The notes beneath the pieces were generated by a model. It did not search any database, was not told where the DNA came from, and saw nothing but the letters and a program-made list of their open reading frames with translations. Position numbers and translations under genes: made by a program. 64,000 nucleotides of DNA. Source: an uncultured Verrucomicrobiae bacterium (GTDB lineage: Bacteria; Verrucomicrobiota; Verrucomicrobiia; Chthoniobacterales; JAFAMB01). Of this stretch, positions 41,450 to 50,646 are shown in pieces (positions within the stretch are counted from its first letter, which is position 1; each line of letters starts with the position of its first letter). Location of the stretch: NCBI GenBank assembly GCA_963837955.1, contig CAWIPH010000002.1, forward strand, positions 4,288,001 through 4,352,000. The letters are read 5' to 3'.

Positions 41450-43360
41450 ATGGCCCCCCGAGAACAAGAGCAGCGTACTTTAACACCCGTCTCAGATGAT
41501 CAGGTTCGGGAATATCTGTTCGCCGGAAAAATCTCAGAAATTCCGACGGGATGGATCAAACCGGAAGTGCGGGACTCCTGGCAACGCTGTCTTGATGCGA
41601 AGCTCGATCCTGACTCCTTGCCGGACATTCCTCCAATTTCGACAACGGAACTGCGAGCTTTGAGAGAGCGACACGCGAAACTTACCGAAATTGCAAAAAT
41701 GGAGGTTCGTAATCTTTATTCGCAAATCGCCGGTTCGAACTTCATGGTGGCGTTCGCTACCCGTGACGCGATTATTTTGGAAACCATTGCCGATCCTTCT
41801 TTTCTTCGGTTGGCTCAGAGGAGCAGCATCGTTGCGGGGTCCAGGTGGCAGGAACGACTTCGCGGTACAAACGCGCTGGGGTGCGCATCCTTCACTCAAC
41901 GTCCTTCCGTCGTTCACGCATGGGAGCATTTCTTCAAGGACAACGGTAGATTAACTTGCGTTGCTAGTCCGGTGTTCGACCACGAAGACCGATTGATCGG
42001 AGTCATCGATGCTTCTTCGGATTGCAACTCTCGGCAGGTCCACACCGTTGCTCTCATCCGAATGGCAGCCCTCCATATCGAAGCGGAGACATTTCGCGCC
42101 ACACTGCAGCAGCACTTAATCTTGCAGTTTCACAATCGACAAGAATTCGTTCACACGTTGGAAGCAGGTTTAGTTGCCATCAACTGGGAGGGGCATGTCG
42201 TTGCCGCCAACCGGCAAGCTCGCTTCTTTCTTCAAGATCTACCGATCGCGCCGGGACAGCCTTTCGAAGGAGTTTTTCGGACATCGTTCGATCGTTTCCT
42301 GGCCGAAACGGCGGCGACAGGGTCGGGCCAATTAACAGACCACAGGGGAAGTACGTACAGAGTTATCCTTTCGAGCTTCCCACACTCTCCGGTGACCATA
42401 CGCGGAGCGAATCTTCAAAACGAGAAGAGGCGGCAAAATGGTAGCATCCAACCGGCGTTTATCTGTGAGGATCCGGTCGTACTCGAGGCAATCCGAATCG
42501 TCGAAAGAGCTATCTCATGGCGAGTACCCATCCTCATCCGTGGCGAAACCGGCTGTGGCAAGGAGCTGCTGGCCAGACACGTCCATGCGGTCAGCGGCCG
42601 CACCGGAAAGTTCGTCGCTGTAAACTGTACTGCTCTTCCAGAGACTCTAGTGGAATCCGAGTTTTTTGGCTATCAAGATGGAGCTTTTACCGGTGGCCGG
42701 CGCGGCGGAGCTCGTGGACTGATCCGTGACGCTGACCAGGGGACGCTCTTTCTCGACGAAATCGGTGACATGCCGGTTAGTCTCCAGGCAAGACTCTTAC
42801 GTTTTCTCGATCAGGGGACAGTTCGCGCCATTGGGTCTTCAACCGAGGAGAAGGTGGACGTCCAGCTCGTTGCAGCAACCAACAGCAACATTGAAGAAGC
42901 CGTGGAAGAAAAACGGTTCCGATCCGATCTTCTCTATCGGATTCGTGGAGTTGAAGTCACGTTACCGCCACTGCACGAGCGTTGCGACTTCCCTCTGATT
43001 GCCCGGACACTTCTGAAGACTCTCGCCCCGGAATGCGTACTTTCGGAAGAAGCCATTGGGCTCCTGAAGCAGCAGCGATGGCCGGGCAACTTCCGGGAAC
43101 TTAAGCATTCGCTGGTTAGAATGCTGATTGTTGCAAATTCATCTCGGTTGCTCCCATCGCACATTCTGTCCGTACTAGGCGCGATGGCTACCGGACCACG
43201 TGAAGATCAGCTACGGAAGCCAGACCTGAAAGAGAACCGAGCCAGAGTGATCCTGGAAACCTACCGTCGATGCGATGGCAACGTAGTACATACTGCAAGA
43301 GAACTCGCGGTGTCGCGAAATACCGTCTATCGCCAACTGCGTAGGTCGGGGCTGCGCTAG
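41450..43360 (+). CDS. sigma54-dependent transcriptional activator with GAF domain (AcoR-like)
   Basis: SWQRC and GTNALG GAF motifs, GETGCGKE, GAFTGG, LFLDEIGDMP, WPGNFREL, and a Fis-type HTH; start at ATG 41450. Confidence 0.93.
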   Translation: MAPREQEQRTLTPVSDDQVREYLFAGKISEIPTGWIKPEVRDSWQRCLDAKLDPDSLPDIPPISTTELRALRERHAKLTEIAKMEVRNLYSQIAGSNFMVAFATRDAIILETIADPSFLRLAQRSSIVAGSRWQERLRGTNALGCASFTQRPSVVHAWEHFFKDNGRLTCVASPVFDHEDRLIGVIDASSDCNSRQVHTVALIRMAALHIEAETFRATLQQHLILQFHNRQEFVHTLEAGLVAINWEGHVVAANRQARFFLQDLPIAPGQPFEGVFRTSFDRFLAETAATGSGQLTDHRGSTYRVILSSFPHSPVTIRGANLQNEKRRQNGSIQPAFICEDPVVLEAIRIVERAISWRVPILIRGETGCGKELLARHVHAVSGRTGKFVAVNCTALPETLVESEFFGYQDGAFTGGRRGGARGLIRDADQGTLFLDEIGDMPVSLQARLLRFLDQGTVRAIGSSTEEKVDVQLVAATNSNIEEAVEEKRFRSDLLYRIRGVEVTLPPLHERCDFPLIARTLLKTLAPECVLSEEAIGLLKQQRWPGNFRELKHSLVRMLIVANSSRLLPSHILSVLGAMATGPREDQLRKPDLKENRARVILETYRRCDGNVVHTARELAVSRNTVYRQLRRSGLR

Positions 43361-43429
43361 CAGCCCGTCCGACGGAGAGATCGAGCGGCGCCAAATTCTA
43401 AATTCTCGATTCTAGATCCCGCCCCATAA

Positions 43430-44509
43430 CTACTTCGGAAGATCAGCCGAGTACTCTTCCCAGTTTTTCACAATGTCGGAGACTACCTTATTCCCAACCC
43501 GGAATGCTGCTTCGAGACTAGGCAGAAACCCTCCCAAGTGTTCGGGGCTATCTTTTGCCGCCAGGCTTTGGGCTGGGGTCTCTCCCGGTGGCGGCTGGTC
43601 GAAATCGCTCGCGGTGCGGAGAACCAGTACACGATTAAGATCGATTTTTTTGGCATTCGCCAAATTGGTGAGAGCCCGCATAATCCCAGAGTCCTCACAG
43701 GCAGTAGTATAATACTGGCTCGCTCCTCCACTCCAGTATCGGACCCAATCCTCTGCCCATTTGCTCATCATCGCTCCTTCCCAGAAGCGGCTGGTGGAAA
43801 GAGTCGCTCCTTTCATGACCTTCGGAGGCTCCTGCGCTTTGGGAAATCCGGTGTAAGCGTCGCGCATTTTTTTCATCTGCGGAGTGTCATCCAAAGAGAC
43901 GTCTTGGGTGTCGCGCACCGCCCAATCGACCAAAGCCGGATTTAGTTGGTACAACTGCTGCATGTCAGTCGGCCGCGGTTCCTCGTACGGCTTTGTTCGC
44001 TCCCACGGGATCACTCCGGTCGACCAGCTAGCTGGAATTTCGCGACCGTCAATTTCATACGCGACATCTCCATCTACGACACAATCCGCCCATACGGCGC
44101 TGCCGAGACTGCCTCGGCTCGGATCGATCCCCGCGATTCCAGCCACGATCCAATACGCTTTGGAGAGATCAAAACGCGGATCCGTACCCAATGCCATCAC
44201 GGAACTCGCCGCATTCGCTGTTGCCATCCCCGTCACAATGGCGATCACACCGGTGCCGTCTGTTCTGACATTATGATAAGCATTGGCTAGCGGGATCACG
44301 GTGTTCATTTTTCGCCGCTCGACCCAGAATTGAAATTCACCCGGCGTGTCACCGGTATCGGCGCCGATCTCGAAAGTCGTAAGGACTACAACCTTTACCT
44401 TCAGTGGGTGATCGGGAGTGGGCAGGTTGCCGGATGGATCATCAGCTTTGCTGACTGACGCTAAGAAGCAGACTGCTAGCGGTAACACCAATAACCTCAA
44501 CGGAGGCAT
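43430..44509 (-). CDS. purine nucleoside permease (NUP) family protein, secreted
   Basis: Signal peptide, FEIGADTGD.PGEFQFWVER, DPRFDLSKAYW.VAGIAGIDP and LRTASDFD motifs. Confidence 0.85.
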   Translation of the reverse strand: MPPLRLLVLPLAVCFLASVSKADDPSGNLPTPDHPLKVKVVVLTTFEIGADTGDTPGEFQFWVERRKMNTVIPLANAYHNVRTDGTGVIAIVTGMATANAASSVMALGTDPRFDLSKAYWIVAGIAGIDPSRGSLGSAVWADCVVDGDVAYEIDGREIPASWSTGVIPWERTKPYEEPRPTDMQQLYQLNPALVDWAVRDTQDVSLDDTPQMKKMRDAYTGFPKAQEPPKVMKGATLSTSRFWEGAMMSKWAEDWVRYWSGGASQYYTTACEDSGIMRALTNLANAKKIDLNRVLVLRTASDFDQPPPGETPAQSLAAKDSPEHLGGFLPSLEAAFRVGNKVVSDIVKNWEEYSADLPK

Positions 44510-44668
44510 CGATATTTGAGCGAGCCATTGACTAGCTGGGCACGATTTCGGGTTCTTTCGGGCAGACATGGTGGGGCTTGAGTTTGATTATGCGAGACTG
44601 GTTCCGAGCAAAATCGATACCAACTCGGACGTAACGACAAGGTCTCGGCGAATTAGGTAACGGTTGTC

Positions 44669-46333
44669 CTATCTTTCCGGGGTCCGCAGGTCAGAGACTT
44701 TTGGAGTCGACGCCGGTTTCAACCGGGACGTCGCCGATTCGTCGAGTATCCAGTGCTGAATGCCAAGGTAGCGCTTCGGACTAGGTGATTCTTTTCCAAT
44801 ATGCAGCGTCCAAAGTTCCGACCACAGAGCGTGTTCATCTCGAGTAATACGTAGACGAAGCCGCTCATTCGCAGCCCAGGAGCTGACAATGGCGTATAGG
44901 CGAAATCGATTCGGATTTTGCATGTCCTGGTCCAGCCGAGCGCTAACCGCTCCATTACGGAGAAATACCAGTCTTACTTCTCTCATGAGTCGAAAGAATC
45001 GAACCTGGTTTTCCGGTGCTACCTCAATCTCGATGGCGGTCGTGATTGGTCCATCATCGGACTCAGGTACGTAAGGATCGTCGCCCTCGTCCGGCAGCGG
45101 ATCAGGATCCAGGTTCACCCCCGCGGAGAAATCGATCGACCATCGCTTCGCTGTGAGTGCGCTGGCGATTCCCAGGGCGGCCGCCGACAACAAGGCCCAC
45201 TCCAGACCGAACGCAGTTGCGAGCCCTCCCCACACTAGGCCAGCTAGCGAGATCCCGCCCTGCGACACCATCATATGGGTGGCATTCAGCCGGCCTCGAA
45301 TCCAATCCGGGATGACTCGTTGACCCGCTACCCAGAGCTCTGAGGCAGAGACTGTCCAAGCGGCTCCGGCCAGTGCGGCAACAATAAGAAAAGTCTGGGG
45401 ATGGCGCACCGCGGCCATTAACGCGTAACTCAAGGCAAGGACGATACCGGCGAGCATCGTCATTTGGTTTGGCTTCAGCTTCTTCCTGGCAGGCTCAAGT
45501 ATTAGAACGGCGCCAGCCAACGAGCCAAGTCCCATACAGGTAAACGCGAGTCCAAGGTAGATTGGGTCAAGGTGCAGAGCCTTTAAACCGACCACCGGTA
45601 GCAATGCTGGGATTGCTCCGACTAACACGCCAAAGATGAGATTTCGCAGCAGAATGATTCGAACACCCGGCGCATACCGCATGTATCGCAACGCGCCGGA
45701 CAGTGAATCGAAAAAGCCCTCCAGCGGCGCATTAGTTGCGACGCTTCTGCGTTTCCAATTGATCACCGCAAACAGAACCAGAACAAAGGCTAACGCGTTT
45801 AGGGCAAACACGGCGCTCACACCAACCAGCGGAATCAGAAGACCGCCAATCGCCGGACCGATGATACCGGCCAGGTTCATCTGAATTCCGCCGAGCGCGA
45901 TGGCCGATGGAAGTTGCTCCTTGCCGACGATCTCGGGTATCGAGGCTGAGGCCACTGGCGCCTGAAACGCAAAACCGGTGCCCAACAAAAAGACTCCCGC
46001 GAGGATGATCTCGGGAGTTAGTCTGTTTAAAAAGGCGAACAGTGCGAGCAGACCAGCGCTACCAGCCAGCCAGCAGTTAAAGACGCGCATTAGCTGTCGA
46101 CGATCGACCAGATCGGCTAGCGCCCCGGCCGGCAGTGTAAATAGAAAAAAAGGGAGTGTCCCGGCGGAAGACATCAATGAAAGCCAAAGAGCCGGTGCCC
46201 CGAGTGAATTCATCGCCCAGGTCGCGGCCATTTCGTGCGCAGAGACGCAGCAACCGGACGCTACCAGAGCCGACCAGAAGCGAAGATAGACCGGATTGCG
46301 GAGGGAAGACCAGATCGAGGCCTCAGCCGTCAC
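44669..46333 (-). CDS. MFS transporter (MFS_3/DUF894 type) with soluble C-terminal domain
   Basis: LPAGALADLVDRR motif, about 12 hydrophobic segments, C-terminal domain beginning DDGPITTAIE. Confidence 0.88.
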   Translation of the reverse strand: MTAEASIWSSLRNPVYLRFWSALVASGCCVSAHEMAATWAMNSLGAPALWLSLMSSAGTLPFFLFTLPAGALADLVDRRQLMRVFNCWLAGSAGLLALFAFLNRLTPEIILAGVFLLGTGFAFQAPVASASIPEIVGKEQLPSAIALGGIQMNLAGIIGPAIGGLLIPLVGVSAVFALNALAFVLVLFAVINWKRRSVATNAPLEGFFDSLSGALRYMRYAPGVRIILLRNLIFGVLVGAIPALLPVVGLKALHLDPIYLGLAFTCMGLGSLAGAVLILEPARKKLKPNQMTMLAGIVLALSYALMAAVRHPQTFLIVAALAGAAWTVSASELWVAGQRVIPDWIRGRLNATHMMVSQGGISLAGLVWGGLATAFGLEWALLSAAALGIASALTAKRWSIDFSAGVNLDPDPLPDEGDDPYVPESDDGPITTAIEIEVAPENQVRFFRLMREVRLVFLRNGAVSARLDQDMQNPNRFRLYAIVSSWAANERLRLRITRDEHALWSELWTLHIGKESPSPKRYLGIQHWILDESATSRLKPASTPKVSDLRTPER

Positions 46334-46346
46334 GCTGTGATATTAT

Positions 46347-46659
46347 TCATTCTCGCCCAAGGCTCGAATGAAATTGCAGATAGCAAATAGCAGATAGCAA
46401 AATTCTGCGTATGGGTGCTGGGTCGAAAGTGAGCGCTCGCGAACCGTCACTAGAGCGGAAGCCGCTAGGATCCGACTACAAGTAGGTCGGATTACGTAAA
46501 GAAGACCGGATGGAGGCGTCTGGGTCACGATTCGATACTTTTCTTTGCCCTACAAATTTCCCCGGCACACCGAGGATTTCGCGAGCGACCGACAGAATTT
46601 GCTATCTGTTATCTGCTATCTGCAATCTGCAATCTCATTCGAGCCTCGGGCGAGAATGA
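46347..46659. repeat. 313-bp element with ~60-bp inverted arms and a structured interior
   Basis: 46347-46407 is the near reverse complement of 46593-46659; inner 10-bp stem 46434-46443/46578-46587 and several internal hairpins. Confidence 0.8.
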
Positions 46660-46661
46660 CG

Positions 46662-48086
46662 CTAGACCCGTTGCAGTTTCCAATGGCCGCGCCGAAAGAG
46701 AAAGACACTTCCTATTGCCAGCATCGAAAAAGCAATCGGAATGGCGACAAAGACACCAGTTGCGCCGGCGCCAAAGTGATTGGCCAGAAGCCAAGCAAGA
46801 GGGATCTCGAATAGCCAGAAACAGCACAAATTGAGTAGTGTGGGAGTCCAGGTATCACCTGCACCGTTGAAAGCCGAAGTTAGACAAATCCCAGCGGCAT
46901 AGAATGGAAAGCCCAGCCCAATAATCCAAAGCGCCTGAGTGCCGTACGCCATCGTTGCCGAATCACCCGTGAATAAGCGAGCGATTGGCCCCGCAAATAC
47001 GATGAAAAGCAAACCGATCGCGCTCAGGAAGAAAACGTTGTAGCGGACCGCAATCCAGGCGGCTGATTCGGCTCTGTCTGGTTTTGCCGCTCCGAGGTTC
47101 TGGCCGACCAGGGTTGCACCCGCGTTCGACAATCCCCAGGCCGGCAGGATAGCGAAGATAACAACCCGAATCGCAATGGTGTAGCCGGCTAGCGCAGCAC
47201 TGCCCGATTGCGAAAGAATTTTGACGAGCCCGATCCAGCTGGCCGTGTTAACCAGGTTTTGCATTGTCCCATTCGCCGCGAGTTTTAACATCTGAAGTGC
47301 CGGCCCTAGCTCGAAGTGCAGGTGTCGCATTTGAATACGGACACGGCTCGTGCGCGCGGTCAGGTAATGGAGCTGAAACAACACGCCGCAACCCCGGCCA
47401 ATGTTCGTAGCAACTGCGGCTCCGGTTACCCCCAGTGCGGGGAACGGGCCGAGACCAAAGACGAGACAGGGGCCAAGCAAAATATTGATCGCGTTAGCCA
47501 ACCAGAGCGTCCGCATGGCTATCGCCGCATCACCAGCTCCACGGAAAATAGCGTTGATCACAAAGATCAATAGAACCGTGGCATTTCCACCGAGCATGAT
47601 TCTGGAAAAATTGCCGCCCATGCTGACGACGTGTTCGTTCCCTCCCATGCCGCGCAGAATGTCCGATCCAAAGGAGCCTCCAAGTAGTCCAAATGTGGCG
47701 GACACAAATAAACCTAGTAGAATTACCTGGAACGCTGAGGTTGCCGCACGATCGGGATCTTTTTCACCGATACGGCGCGCCACGGTTGCAGTGCCCGCCA
47801 TAGATAACCCGATGGCGACAGCATAAATAACTGTCATGATCGATTCGGTGATTCCCACCACCGCAACTGCGTCACTCCCGAGATGCGAAACCCAGAAGAC
47901 GTCTGCCAACGCAAAGATGGATTCCATCACCATTTCGAGCACCATCGGAATTGCCAAAAGGAGAACAGCTCGATTGAGCGTCTCCGTTGTGTAATCCCGG
48001 TGTTCGCCTCGAATCGCCGCGATCACCACTTGCCAAAACGAAAGCGGTGAGCTTTCGGTGGTTTCATCTAATGATGGAAGCGCCAT
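46662..48086 (-). CDS. MATE family efflux transporter
   Basis: LAIPMVLEM, ARRIGEKD, RGAGDA, VGQNLGA and NGAGDT; two-fold internal repeat typical of MATE. Confidence 0.93.
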   Translation of the reverse strand: MALPSLDETTESSPLSFWQVVIAAIRGEHRDYTTETLNRAVLLLAIPMVLEMVMESIFALADVFWVSHLGSDAVAVVGITESIMTVIYAVAIGLSMAGTATVARRIGEKDPDRAATSAFQVILLGLFVSATFGLLGGSFGSDILRGMGGNEHVVSMGGNFSRIMLGGNATVLLIFVINAIFRGAGDAAIAMRTLWLANAINILLGPCLVFGLGPFPALGVTGAAVATNIGRGCGVLFQLHYLTARTSRVRIQMRHLHFELGPALQMLKLAANGTMQNLVNTASWIGLVKILSQSGSAALAGYTIAIRVVIFAILPAWGLSNAGATLVGQNLGAAKPDRAESAAWIAVRYNVFFLSAIGLLFIVFAGPIARLFTGDSATMAYGTQALWIIGLGFPFYAAGICLTSAFNGAGDTWTPTLLNLCCFWLFEIPLAWLLANHFGAGATGVFVAIPIAFSMLAIGSVFLFRRGHWKLQRV

Positions 48087-48473
48087 AGGTTGGCGACACT
48101 AACGACCCCGGCAGGAAGCGTCAAATGATGGGGTAGAGTGATTATCGCGCCCTTGGTAATGCTCCGGACGCTGTGCGGTCGATCATGGTTCCGCCTGAAC
48201 AACCGCATCCGTCGCACCTCATCCCAGGAACTTGTCGAACTGGCGCACCGATGCTCTGATTTAATGAAGGCTCGGGTTGCGAGTTTGGTTCCGTCCGCTC
48301 GTATGAGCCGCTGGTTCATCGATGGTCCTTCCGGTGAATCATAGTTGTTCCAAGTGTTTACTTTCGCAGCTATGACGAACAGACCGGCGCGCTGAGGACA
48401 CCCCGCACAGCAATTTCCAATGGAAATCTTGGCGCGCCTTAGCGTCTTGGCGTGAGTTCCTTTTGGGAGCGCC

Positions 48474-48565
48474 TTACCGCAAATGTCGATCCAACGCTCG
48501 GTATTGCACCGCCTCCGAGAGATGGTCTACATTGATGCGTTTCGCTCCCGCCAAGTCGGCGATCG
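48474..48565 (-). pseudogene. comM: detached 3' end of a diverged comM
   Basis: 72/92 nt identical to 51864-51955; encodes [29 protein letters not shown] versus [29 protein letters not shown]. Confidence 0.9.
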
Positions 48566-48651
48566 CCCCACCTCGTATTCCAAGTTGCCGGCGATCCAGC
48601 CTTGATTCGGTCGAGTGACTACCGTCTGTCAAGATTTGTTGACTGACCCCT
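48566..48651. mobile_element. remnant of a second Y1-transposase element (orphan terminal repeat plus gene scrap)
   Basis: tctgtcaagatttgttgactgacccct (48625-48651) matches the terminal repeats at 50647 and 51743; gcgatccagccttgat (48591-48606) is 15/16 identical to 50785-50800 in the transposase. Confidence 0.7.
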
Positions 48652-48765
48652 ATTGCTCCCGACTCTTTCTCAGTCGCCGCGCGCCGAAGTGTCTAATCAA
48701 GACACGTCCTTAAACCCTCGAACACTTTCCCTCGCCGATTCGCGTCGCTGAAGACACCCTCTGGA

Positions 48766-50055
48766 TTATGCCTCAGAAGCGGCCTCAGAGATAGGGTTGT
48801 GAGTGAGTCCAAAGGCCTCCTCCAGCAGGTCCGCGGCTACGGAAAGCCCGTTCTTCTTGGCGATAGCCTTCTGGATCGAGCACGAATTATCGCGATAGAT
48901 AGGGTTGTTAAACACCTCATCCAGAAGCGCCGACAAATTCGACGCATCTAAACCCTCTAACGAAGTCGTTTTGCCGGTCTTTTTGCCAGCGATTCTTGCA
49001 GCGATGCCTGGCTGCTCGTTGGTTACCGGAATAGCGATTTGAGGAACCCCTTGAGTCAGGGCTTCAAGCACGGTGTTAAATCCCGAGTGGGTGATGCACA
49101 CCGATGCCTTTTTCAGCAGCTCCAGTTGGGGCGCGCTGTTAACCACAATCGCATTTTTCGGCACAGGACCGATCTGCTCCGGCCGGAGTACATGGCCAAT
49201 GGAAAGTACTAGTTGCGCGTCCTTCTTTGCGACCGCTGCCGCGATAGTCCGAAATACATCCGCGTTCCCATTCTGAATTGTTCCCATCGAGGCATAAACG
49301 ATCGGTTCTCCGGTCAATCTGTCCCACGGAAAATTGATCTCTGGCCGGCCTTTTCCGTCATGGAACGGACCGGCGTAATGGAACTGCTTTGGCGGATGAG
49401 AACTTTCAAAATCGAATTCGCGAGGACATTGCGTGATCCATGGAAGATCGGAGAACAGAGAGGATGGGTCTTCCCAGTTGGGTTTGATTCCGGCACCCTC
49501 GGCCTCCGCTATCAATTCTGCGTTGCTGCGAATCAGCATCTGCGCAAATTTCGCGACGCCCTGGCGGTTTCTTTCTCGAGCTTCGAGCGTATTCTCGTGG
49601 CCCCACCCATAAACGCCGAGCGGTGTATGCCCGGAAAAATCGAAGTGCAAGGCGCTTGATAGAATCGCGTACGGCATTCCAAGATACATCGGCACTACTT
49701 CGCTGTAGAAATCGCAATCATCTAAGATCAGAGCATCAATGCCGTTGGCAGACAGCAGCTTCGGAAATGTTCTCCACTTCAGATTCGTTATCTGCGCAAT
49801 CGAGTCGATAGTGAATTGCAAGCCTTCCTCCCCTTTTAGCTTGCTCAATGTGCCGAGTACCTCAGCGACTTTATCAGTCGGAAACTCCTTCTCGCCATAA
49901 GGGATGAACGGCAGATTGGCAGCTCGGGCGAGCGGCTCGCACCCTGGCAGAGAAACCATCACGACGTCATGGTTGCGTGACTGAAGCCGACGAGCCAATG
50001 CGCTCATTGGATTGAAGTGACCGGGAATAGCGATACTGATAAAGCCGATTTTCAT
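48766..50055 (-). CDS. GT1/MGT family glycosyltransferase
   Basis: PGHFNP, VYASMGT and APQLELLKKA..CITHSGFNTVLEAL..GVP....P...EQ donor-binding motif. Confidence 0.92.
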   Translation of the reverse strand: MKIGFISIAIPGHFNPMSALARRLQSRNHDVVMVSLPGCEPLARAANLPFIPYGEKEFPTDKVAEVLGTLSKLKGEEGLQFTIDSIAQITNLKWRTFPKLLSANGIDALILDDCDFYSEVVPMYLGMPYAILSSALHFDFSGHTPLGVYGWGHENTLEARERNRQGVAKFAQMLIRSNAELIAEAEGAGIKPNWEDPSSLFSDLPWITQCPREFDFESSHPPKQFHYAGPFHDGKGRPEINFPWDRLTGEPIVYASMGTIQNGNADVFRTIAAAVAKKDAQLVLSIGHVLRPEQIGPVPKNAIVVNSAPQLELLKKASVCITHSGFNTVLEALTQGVPQIAIPVTNEQPGIAARIAGKKTGKTTSLEGLDASNLSALLDEVFNNPIYRDNSCSIQKAIAKKNGLSVAADLLEEAFGLTHNPISEAASEA

Positions 50056-50221
50056 AAAGCATTTGAACGCCTCCTCAAACCGCTGAGGAAGTGACGCTTA
50101 GTGGTATCAAACGCTAACATATTGGACGTTGGCCGATTTTTGTCTCATCTGCCGTAATGCTTGTCCGGGTTGCGGATTGCCCTTCCTTCGCGGAGCAGAC
50201 TTTCATGCGCAGGAGCCTTCG

Positions 50222-50268
50222 GAAATTCCGGGAGCTCATCCGGAAAAAGAACACCATTGTGCGCCAGG
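50222..50268 (-). repeat. 47-bp direct repeat of internal comM sequence (att-like)
   Basis: 46/47 identical to 52463-52509, which encodes [15 protein letters not shown]. Confidence 0.9.
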
Positions 50269-50347
50269 ACTTCCTGGCCTATGACGGAAACAGAACAGGT
50301 AACGCGAAAGAGATTATGGCTCGCACCTACAACCGGCTCTGAATTCC

Positions 50348-50584
50348 ATGAACGAGACTGACTTGATCAATCTAAAACATGACGTAGACCGACACGAAGA
50401 GGCGGTAATCGAAGATGCAAACGCAATCGTGTCATTAAAGGCTGATTTGAAGGAGCTACTGAAACTTGTGCAACTTCTTGACGCTTCGACACAAAAACTT
50501 ACTTTCGGGACCGAGCAGGAAAAAACGTTCAAGGACTTCCGCGGTCGGCTACAAGCGATGCTTCAGAAACATGGCTTAGAGTAG
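50348..50584 (+). CDS. hypothetical protein, possibly coiled coil
   Basis: 78-aa ATG-started ORF with protein-like composition; no family recognised. Confidence 0.55.
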   Translation: MNETDLINLKHDVDRHEEAVIEDANAIVSLKADLKELLKLVQLLDASTQKLTFGTEQEKTFKDFRGRLQAMLQKHGLE

Positions 50585-50646
50585 ACTCCTTCGGTTTTTC
50601 ACTGATCATCCAAACCAGAATACGGACTGATTCTTCCCCTCCCAGC

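Noticed and set aside
48068..48344. Short ORFs upstream of the MATE gene
   Set aside because: No family motifs; overlapping on opposite strands; probably non-coding.
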